From: the human T2T-CHM13v2.0 reference genome, Homo sapiens
Length of the DNA: 64,000 bases
Reading direction: 5' to 3' (one strand)
Assembly: GCF_009914755.1 (NCBI RefSeq)
Contig: NC_060938.1
Below, one piece after another: positions 51,752-64,000 of the stretch; position 1 is the first letter of the stretch; each line of letters starts with the position of its first letter. Made by a program: the position numbers and the translations under genes. The notes below the pieces were generated by a model. That model worked only from the letters and a program-made list of their open reading frames with translations. It did no database searches and was not told the DNA's origin.

Positions 51752-52549
51752 TAGATATGGATCTTTTGAGCCCTCAAAAAGGTACTGATCTTTTTTTAAA
51801 GGAACTACATCTGAACATCGTAAGATTCAATGCCTTTTTAACCTTGCACATTGGAGAAAGAGGTATGAAGGAAGAAGGGCAAAGGGTACCTGGGAGTCAG
51901 ACATCTCTCTCCTCCCACCAACTCCATCACTTTGTAATGTTCTCTACTAGGATGCCCAAGTTCCCAGAGCCCTAGTCTCCTCAATTGCATTTTTGAGGGG
52001 CCTAAAGGAGACCACCTTGCCTCAAAAGCACTTGTTCCGGTTATAACCACTCCCACACACATTTAAAGCATCCCTTTGTTGTTGCATATGCAGGGCTGGG
52101 AGGAACAATGGTGCTGAAATTTTCCAGGACATGAAAATCCGATTGCATGGCCTCACCCCTAGGGATTTTGATTCAGTGGCTCCAGCGGAGGAGGCCCAGG
52201 AATCTACCTTTCCATCAGTCACACAGGTGCCCCTCCTGTAGGTAGTCCTCAGAGGACACTTTGAGAAAACCAAAGGAAAAGCAGAGGGAGGCAAACTGCT
52301 CAGTGCTACCTGGGAGGAAAACAATCTACCTATAGCATGGAAAACCTCCAAGGAGCAGGCAGGGAGTGTCCATCAGAATGGCAGGAAGGAGCGAGGCAGT
52401 TAAAGGGAAAGCACCATCATCAAAGCCTTCTCCAGCTAATACCTTGTCCTTCCTGCATATGCTCCTATCTCATTTTTATTTTCTAAATTTTACCCAGACA
52501 AGCTTCCCCAAAACCCACTCATCCTGACCTTCCCGGGCTCCATCACTAA

Positions 52550-53070
52550 ATCTCCCCATGGCCAGGGGAACTTTTAGAAAGTGTACTGGATCAAGTCCCT
52601 TTCCTAACTTCAATCCTTCCATGGCTGCTTACTGCCCTTAGGATAAAGTACACAGCCCTCAAACTTCTCCATCAAGGCCCTTCATGACCAGGCCTCTCCT
52701 GACCTCTCTTACCATCTCATCCCTCTCCAGTGCTGCAGCCACAGTGGCCTTCCATGGGTCCCCCAACATGCACAGGACCTTGGCACATGCTATTCCCTCT
52801 GCTGGGATCAAATGTTTCCTCTTCAAGGAAATTTTCCCTCAATGCCCTAGACCAGAAAAGGTCTCCCTACTATACTCTTCTATCTTCCTGGACTTTCCAA
52901 CTTAACACTGATCCCACATTTACTTACATATTTGTGTGATTATATGATTAACATCTGTCTTCCCAAGTGGACCATAAGCTTCATAAAGATAGGGTCTGTG
53001 TTGGTTTGGCTCACCATCATGTACCCAGGGTCACAGTAGCTAGTACATTGTATGTGTTCAATAATACAAC
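52550..53070 (+). mobile_element. L2 fragment
   Basis: ccttccatggctgcttactgcccttaggataaag...ggaccttggcacatgctattccctctgc. Confidence 0.65.
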
Positions 53071-54451
53071 ATAAATGCCCAGTGCACTGTGGTCTGGGGA
53101 GACATGGATGAAGAAAAAAAGTGAGACGCATGCTTGAAAAATTCATAATGCAAATGACAGGCCAGTGTGAGACGGTGTGCTTCTCCTGGTCATGGCCACT
53201 GAAAATCTTCTCGACTGTCACACGGATGGCGTCACTGGATGCCACAAGATCTCAGGCTCTTCCCAGTAAGAGCATCTCTCTGGGACTGTCCCCAGAGGAC
53301 AATGAGAAGGTGGCTTACCTCCTGGGGAATGTGGGGACGGAAAAAGAGGGCTGGGAGAGAGAGAGTGCCAACCTCCTCAATCCCCTTCTTGTTATCTCCT
53401 GAAAATGTAGCTTAGTCCCTCACTATCAGGACTCAGAGAGAGAGGTGGGGAAGAGAAGGTCACAGACAGAAACGATCTTCCTCCCTCCTATCTGGAGCCA
53501 CAGAAACAGGCATACCCATGTTATCTTTGAGCTTGCTTTTTTTTCCCTAGAGATGATGGGGGGTAGGGTGAGCAGGAAGATTCAGAGCAGTCAGTTCAGA
53601 AAACAGGGTGTTTTTCTGCTTGGTTATCAGACCCATGCCCATTCAAGGGATGCAAAATAGGCTGAAGTTTAGATTCTCTGACTCGGCTATTGAGTCCCAT
53701 CAATTACAACACATGGAAAAAACTTTGGACAGTTAAAAATAACATAGGGGCCTGGTGTTTGGAAGATCTGGAGTTTGGAATGCCAGCTTGTCAAGCACAG
53801 ATCCCTGCCTACCAAAAAGCATGTGCTGGGAACTCACATACACACCAACCAGCACAAGAAGGTCACAGATGAGCAAGGTGCCTGTTACCTACCACCCTGA
53901 CAACAGTGTGTCAGGCCAACTTGGAGGACAAACTCTCAGTCCTCAGCCACTTTGGTCTAAAGGACTTCCAAGCCCTCTTCTAGCTGTGGAAAGGGCAGAG
54001 CTCATCCAGGAAAGAAGTAGTCTCCTTCCCCTTAGAGGAGGTAGCCATGAATGGAATTGTGGGCTGAGTCCAGTCACCTTACAGAGACACTTCACCTCTG
54101 TGTGCTGTGTTTCTACATCTGTGAACTTCTTGTTCTTTCTCAGAAGGACCCAATATCAGCACCAATTAAATAGTATGCAATAAGCTGTGCTCCTGGACAA
54201 AGCATGCCATAGATAAATCTTTCTTGAAGACTCTTTAACACATTTGTTCTATGAGTAAAACAATAAATTGATAAAAATAATAATGCCATAGATTTCTAGA
54301 ACTTCTTTCTTCTAGGAAAACCAGTGCTTCTCCTACTTATCATTTCATTTTTTTAAAGATGCCAGTGTAAGGAAAATATTGGCTAGTGTGTCTCCTCATT
54401 TTACAGATGGAAAAACAGGGTCACTGCAAACACCCATTAAAAGGGTAACGA

Positions 54452-54571
54452 GGCTGGGCACAGTGGCTCATGCCTATAATCCCAGCACTTTGGGAGGCTG
54501 AGGCAGGTGGATGGCTTGAGGCCAGGAGTCCAGGACCAGCCTGGGCAACATGGCAAAACCCTGTCTCTATT
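54452..54571 (+). mobile_element. AluJ left arm (host of the THE1 insertion)
   Basis: Alu stops at ctgtctctatt and continues at 58913. Confidence 0.9.
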
Positions 54572-54925
54572 TGTATTAGTCCACTTTCATGCTGCTGATA
54601 AAGACATACCCAAGACTGGGAAGAAAAAGAGGTTTAATTGGACTTAAAGTTCCATATGGCTGAGGAGGCCTCAGAATCATGGCAGGAGGTGAAAGGCACT
54701 TCTTACATGGTGGCAGCAAGAGAAAATGAGGAAGAAGCAGAAGCAGAAACCCCAGATAAACCCGTCAGATCTTGTAAGACTTACTCACTATCACGAGAAT
54801 AGCCCAGGAAAGACCGGCCCCCATGATTCGATTACCTCCCTCTGGGTACCTCCCACAACATGTGGGAATTCTGGGAGATACAATTCAAGTTGAGATTTAC
54901 GTGGGGACACAGCCAAACCATATCA
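54572..54925 (-). mobile_element. THE1A-type LTR (3' LTR)
   Basis: 354 bp, tgtattagtcc...ccaaaccatatca; near-copy of 58560-58912. Confidence 0.9.
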
Positions 54926-56177
54926 TTCTGCCCTTGGCCCTTCCAAATATCATGTCCTCACATTTCAAAACCAATCATGCCTTCCCAAAAGTCCCCCAAA
55001 GTCTTAATTCATTTCAGCATTAACCCAAAAGTCCACAGTCCAAAGTCTCATCTGAGACAAGGCAAGTCCCTTCTGCCTATATTCTATAAAGTCAAAAGCA
55101 AGCTAGTTACTTCCTAGGTATGCGATTCCAAGTGGGAGAAATTGGCCACAACAAAGGGTTTACAGGGCCCAGGTAGGTCTGAAATCCAGCAAGGCAGTCA
55201 AACATTAAAGCTTCAAAATAATCTCCTTTGACTCCAGGTCTCACATCCAGGTCACGCTGATGCAAGAGCTGGGTCCCCATGGTCTTGGGCAGCTCCGCCC
55301 CTGCAAACACCCATTAAAATGGTAATGAGGCTGGGCACAGTGGCTCATGCCTGTAATCCCAGCACTTTGGGAGGGTGAGGCAGGCCCTACCTCCACTTTG
55401 CAGGGTACAGCCTCCCTCCTGCCTACTTTCACAGTCTGGCATTGAGTCTCTGCAGCTTTTCCAGGCACATGGTGCAAGCTGCTAGTGGATCTACCATTCT
55501 GGAATCTGGAGGATGGTGGCCCTCTTCTCACAGCTCCACTAGGCAGTGCCCCAGTAGGGACTCTGTATGGAGGCTCCAACCCCACATTTCCCTTCTGCAC
55601 TGCCCTAGCAGAGGTTCTCCCTGAGGGCCCCGCCCCTGCAGCAAACTTTTGCCAGGGCATCCAGGCGTTTCCATACATCTTCTGAAATCTAGAAGGAAAT
55701 CCCAAACCTCAGTTCTAGATACCTGTGCACCCTCAGGCTCAACACCACATAGAAGCTGCCAACGCTTGGGGCTTCCACCCTCTGAAGTCACAGCCTGAGC
55801 TATATGTTGGCCCCTTTCAGCCACAGATGGCCCCTGGAGCATCTGGGACACAGGGCACCAAGTCCCTAGGCTGCACACAGCATGGAGACCCTGGGCACCC
55901 ACGAAACTTCTTTTACCTCCTGGGCCTCCAGGCCTGTGATGGGAGGGGCTGCCGTGAAGGTCTCTGACATGGCCTGGAGACATTTTCCCCAGGGTCTTGA
56001 GGATTAACATTAGGATCCTTGCTACTTATGCAAATTTCTGCAGCCGACTTGAATTTCTCCCCAGAAAATAGGTTTTTCTTTTCTATCACCTAGTCAGGCT
56101 GCAAATTTTCCAAACTTTTATGCTCTGCTTCCCTTATAAAACTGAATGCCTTTAACAGCACCCAAGTCACATCTTGA

Positions 56178-57756
<1,579 letters not shown>

Positions 57757-57852
57757 GAATCTAGAAAAAGAAGTACAAATTCAACCTGAAACAAGCAGGA
57801 GATAGGAAGCATTATAAAGATTAAAGCAGAAATCAATAAGAAAAAAAAAAAA
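57757..57852 (+). other. L1 3'-transduced segment plus second polyA
   Basis: 84 bp between two A-tails, inside the L1 TSDs; ATTAAA at 57820. Confidence 0.8.
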
Positions 57853-57869
57853 AGAAATTTCTTCCACCA

Positions 57870-58201
<332 letters not shown>

Positions 58202-58559
58202 TCATCTCTCTCAAGTTCAAAGTTTCACGAATCTCTAGGGGAGTCTCTAGGGGAGGGGGCAAAATGCCGCCAGTCTCTTCGCTAAAACATAACAAGAGTC
58301 ACCTTTGCTCCAGTTCTCTACAAGTTCCTCATCTCCATCTGAGACAACCTCAGCCTGGATTTTATTATCCATATCGCTATTAGCATTTGGGCAAAGCCAT
58401 TCAACAAGTCTCTAGGAAGTTCCAAACTTTCCCACATTTTCCCGTCTGCTTCTGAGCCTTTCAAACTGTTCCAATCTCTGCCTGTTGCCCAGTTCCAAAG
58501 TCACTTCCACATTTTCGGGTATCTTTTCAGCAATGCCCCACTCTATTGGTACCAATTAC

Positions 58560-59280
<721 letters not shown>

Positions 59281-59698
59281 AAGCCGTGGGTCACACAGCA
59301 ACTGCTCCCAGCCTCCTGCTCCCCACCATGGAGTGTCTGAGCTTACAAAGTGTGCAAAGCTTACAAAGTATGCAAGGAACGAACCCTAAGGACTTGTGTA
59401 ACCCCCAGCCTCCCCGTGAAAACTAGGCCCAGGGCATTTCTGGAAGTGGCCAGCACACAGGTAGACAGCTGCAGCAGTGGCAGGGGTGTCTGGGTGGGAA
59501 CCAGGCAGCACTACCATCAGAATAAACCACCCCGATCCCCCTAGGAGGAAACCCACTGTCTTAGAGACCTGCAGCCTCACTCTCCCCTATTTGAATCATG
59601 AAACTAATCCTCAGGGCACCATGCTTTAAGCTACACAGGTTGGCATTTACATTTTCCTCCTTGGATTGGATTTATATATTTTATTTACATCATTTATT

Positions 59699-59758
59699 GG
59701 TTGTTGTTGAAGAAGAAGAAGAAGAGGAGGAGGAGGAAGAGAAGGAGGAGAAGGAGGA
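59699..59758. repeat. (TTG)n(AAG)n(AGG)n compound trinucleotide repeat
   Basis: Direct sequence. Confidence 0.9.
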
Positions 59759-62739
59759 TTAAAGTACAGAAAGGGAAGAAGTCATTTGGGTCCACTGCTC
59801 AGGTGGGCTCTGCCCACAAGTCTGCCCAGCGTTGCAAATCGGCCCTTGCAGCTGGACAGAGCTGGCCTGTAGCTGACAGGATTGATGGCTCACACCAGTG
59901 TGGGCCCCACAGGGTGTCTCCCTCACCCCACCCCTCTGGGTGGTCCCCTGGAAAGTATCCAAAATGCATAACAAATGAAACCAAGGACGGGGTCCAGTTC
60001 AACCCCTTAGTGAGAGGGAAGACTGGAGACAGACAATCCCCCTTGCTGGAGGACACAGGATGACCACCCCACCCTCCCCCTGGAGCCTCTCTTTTGGACG
60101 ATGAGGAGTATGAGTCTCCCCAAACAGTGACTGCCAAACCGGGACTCTGCTCAGACCAACCTGGCCCAGGCTTATTTCTCATTTTTCCCTTCTGTTCACG
60201 GACACCCCCCACCTACTCCCAACCAGCCAAACAGATCTGTGTGCTCTCCTCCATGCAGTCCTTCCCATCTGGCCTTCCTTCCCTCAGAAAGGAAGGGTGT
60301 CCCCAAAGGAATCGCTCAAACGCCTCACGTCTTTGTTCACTTCCCTTTGGTGACTAAAGTTCCCCAGCCTCACCCTCCCGAGCCTAACCAGACCCCACTG
60401 TCCTTCTGAACTCAGCTCCTCTCTGAAGCATCCTCTGTCATCCCAGCCACAGGAACTGCTGTCTGTCTTCCAATTTCAAGGACCCCTGGTGGCCTAGGCT
60501 GATCGTTTAGCGCAGCTATTCACCACCTGGAACCTCATGTGAAGCAGCTTCTCTCAGGAATGCATGCTCTGCTGCCTGTAAGCTTTGTCCTTTTCCTCCT
60601 TCCCTCTCCCCACTCCCATATTCATGAGATTGAGTGGGCCCTCCTTGGGGACAAAGCCAGAATACTCTTTCCTTCCTTTGTGCCCCTTCAGTGCTTTTTG
60701 ATCAAGGTGCAATTCATGGAGGAAAGGAGAAAGACGTAAATAGTGAATGAAGGAGGGGACAGGGATCAGAAGGAAACCTAGGCTGGAGGTGCAAACTCAG
60801 GGCTCTGAGGGCCTTGGGGCAGCTTAGCTCTTAGTCAAGAAATGAAATAAGCAGCAGAAAGCAAAAGAAAAAGGAAAGGCTTTCCAGCGGGCTTTTTCTT
60901 CCCAAGGATTTGAAAAGCTACAGTAGAGCCTGGAGGAGAGTGGGCTGTCCAGGGCTGCCGGCTCTGAGTTTTGGAGAGAGGTGGAGATGCTGTGGAGCTT
61001 TTATACTATCCAGACCAGTTCCTCTGGGCAGCAAAGGAGGCACACACCCAGGACAATGTTGGGCAATAAAGATTATTCCATCATTTGGGAGCAGGAGCGC
61101 CTTTTGTTCTGCATTTCTCAGGGAATCAACACATTCCAAGCAGGAAAGGGATGAGAACAAATGACCAGCAGGATGGGGACTGATAGTATTGGGTCCTCTT
61201 CATTCAGCAGATTATAAAATAATAAAACAAGCATCCTACTGCTGCAAGGATAGCAAGAGCTAGCAAGGTCTCAAAAAGGTTTCAGAATTCAGACTCACAA
61301 GCCAGGCAGCCTCCATCTCTCCTCTGACACTCGCTGGGATCTTCAGCCCCTGAGATGACAAACAATGTCCCCCTGGTGTGCTCTGGACTGAGGAACTATG
61401 AGAACTTCCTAAATCTCATAAAACTATAGATTAGCGTTCATCCCTGCTACCCTGTGCATAAGTGACCTAAAATTGAATGGTCCGAACCTGTTTCCCATCC
61501 CCCAGAGACATGTGTAATTAGATAAAATGAGGACAGAATATGTATAAGTATCTGTTATACTCAGATGGCTGCCCAGAAAGAAAATGAGTGCCAGGAACCG
61601 GACAGCCCTGTGTCACCCTCTGTCCTGAACTGGGATTGAGGGAGACTTACCTTTGTGAGTAGGTTGCTAGTGCAATATGACCTCTCTGAGTTAACGAATA
61701 TTTTTCTACAATTCGGCTCCTGCAGCCCATATTTGGCACACCATCAGCATTTTCTCTGGCTTTCCATGTTGAAGGATGTCTTTCAGACCAGGATCTGAAC
61801 TGAAACTTGACCCTGGGAGTCCGTGTCCACCTTGGGACTTCCTCTTCCTCCTTCAGGCCTCTTTCTGGTGGTACCCTCTTCCAAAAAGCCCCCAACACAG
61901 AATTATTTGGAGGACATACAAAAGTTATAATGATACGCTGGTATCTCTATCTCTCTCAATACAAGAGAGAAAGGCCCTCACTTGAGCCCTAGGCCATCCT
62001 TTTTGAAGGATGAATGAAGTGATCTGCTATACTTGGTTGGGACACAGAGTCGTAGGGAAAATCATTCTCTCTCTAGGCATTGATACTGTGAAAGTATACA
62101 AAAGGCATTCTCTCAAAGAAGATGTATCCAAAAACAGTGACTGGACTAAAGCTCCATGGAACAGACAGCAGATGTTCACCAGAACCCAGCCTTGGGTTTA
62201 AACCATTACAGTGCTTTGCATCTTCTGGTCTTCTCTATCTTAAAAACTCAAAAGAAAAAAGAATCCTCCAGTATAAATAAAGCTAAAGGAAATCCCACAC
62301 ACAGCTAAGCATAGAGGAGGCACTGAATAAAAATGAAGTTGATTTATCAGTGGCTATCCATAAGCCAGAGGTTACTTACTCCCCTGAAAGAAAGCAAAGC
62401 AAAAAGGTTTGTCTTTATTTCTCAAGACCAAAGGGAGAAAGCCAAGCTTTTTAAAGTGACCAAGAAACAAGAGGCTAGAATGAGCGAGGCTGCCACATGT
62501 CATAAATGCACATCCTACATGCAAGCAAGGCCAAACCTGCATCTGTTTCCCAACTCCTGAAACTGAAGGCTCTTTGGGGAGGAATTCTGCCTTTTTCAGA
62601 TTCCTGCCGTGAAGGCAGAGAATGAGAAACATGTCAACTTTCTAGAGTGCTAAAAGCAAACTTGGGCAGCAGAGCAGGGTATCTGCCTGCAGGCTTCGCT
62701 CACTCAACTATTCCCCACACGTTTCCTACGTGCCTGCTA

Positions 62740-63128
<389 letters not shown>

Positions 63129-63312
63129 TCAATTATTTCAGTGACTGAGAGAGAAGAGTATGTTCAGCTCTGCATGGCCCAGGGCAGGTGTGGCCAGTTC
63201 TACCTGAGGGTCAGCAAGGGCTCCACCAGGGAGAGGGACCACTTAAACCATCCAGAAGATGACAGATGTGCATCAAGTGCGCCCAGGGACAGGGTGGAGG
63301 TGGAGGACAATC

Positions 63313-63349
63313 AAACCGCCTGCCCAGAGGAAACCGCCTGCCCAGAGGA
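63313..63349 (+). repeat. Exact 18-bp tandem duplication
   Basis: aaaccgcctgcccagagg x2. Confidence 0.9.
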
Positions 63350-64000
63350 GCCACAAGCAGTTTGCTCAGACACCAGGGGAATGTGTGACAAGAGTCGTCT
63401 CTCTGGGCAGGGACACAGAGCATCCCCTCAGACTAACAAGTTCACACACGTCTCTCACACTGAGGTTCTTACCCTAGAGCCCATGGGCCTCCAGGGCATC
63501 CAGAGATGGGCTCTTCCAGGTCTGTGAACCCCATAAAACCATAGGCAGATGTTCACATCTATATGCGTGTTTTCCGGGGAGATGATCCACAACTTTCATA
63601 GGATTCTTGAAAGGGCCTGTGATTGCCAAAGAAAGGTGAAAAAGAAACACCCATCAAGACTGAGTAGCCTGCACACTAGACTGTGGTATAGAATCCAGTT
63701 TCTCCCTGTCTGTCTCCTGCATATGGCTCAGTAACAGACATAGTAAGTTTTCAGAACTAGCAGAACTAAAGGGATGAGAAGAGCATTCCAGTATAAGCAG
63801 ATGGAAAGAAATTACCATTGGCATCACCAAAACAAATACCTGTGTGTACTGACTGTGTGCCAGGCTCTGGGCTAGACTTTAAAAACCAGTATCTCTTTCC
63901 ATAAAGCCACATGGAAGAGTGTCTTCTCAGCCTCCTGTTCCTGGAGCCAATATTGCATATTGGAGTCCCTAAATGTGGATTCAAGTCACCCAGAGCAATT

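Noticed and set aside
59701-60063. Poly-K/R ORF resembling a nuclear localisation signal
   Set aside because: Derived from an (AAG)n(AGG)n repeat; TTG start

Overview
This is primate (almost certainly human) non-coding genomic DNA, either intergenic or deep in a large intron. I could not identify the locus and found no recognisable host protein-coding exon. Nearly all ORFs in the track come from Alu, L1, THE1 or simple repeats. The window holds about 50 Alu units (most with visible target-site duplications, TSDs), old L1M/L2/MIR fragments and an hY1 (RNY1) retro-pseudogene at 36916-37021. The best-supported unusual structure is a nested retroelement stack at 54.4-59.1 kb. An Alu is split by a full-length THE1A-type MaLR element (5-bp TSD). 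The THE1 internal region contains an AluS and a 5'-truncated L1PA4-like element inserted at the same nick, so the target sequence appears three times. The L1 carries a 3' transduction behind a mutated polyA signal. The THE1 also contains an 84-bp templated copy of the flank outside the element. Candidate regulatory elements include a CpG-enriched, CCAAT-pair promoter-like region with a good splice donor at 35.45-36.5 kb, flanked by Z-DNA-forming tracts, and several transcription-factor motif clusters. These regulatory calls and all candidate exons are inferences. I found no firm evidence of a new biological system. Repeat family names are from memory of consensus sequences and need RepeatMasker/Dfam confirmation.
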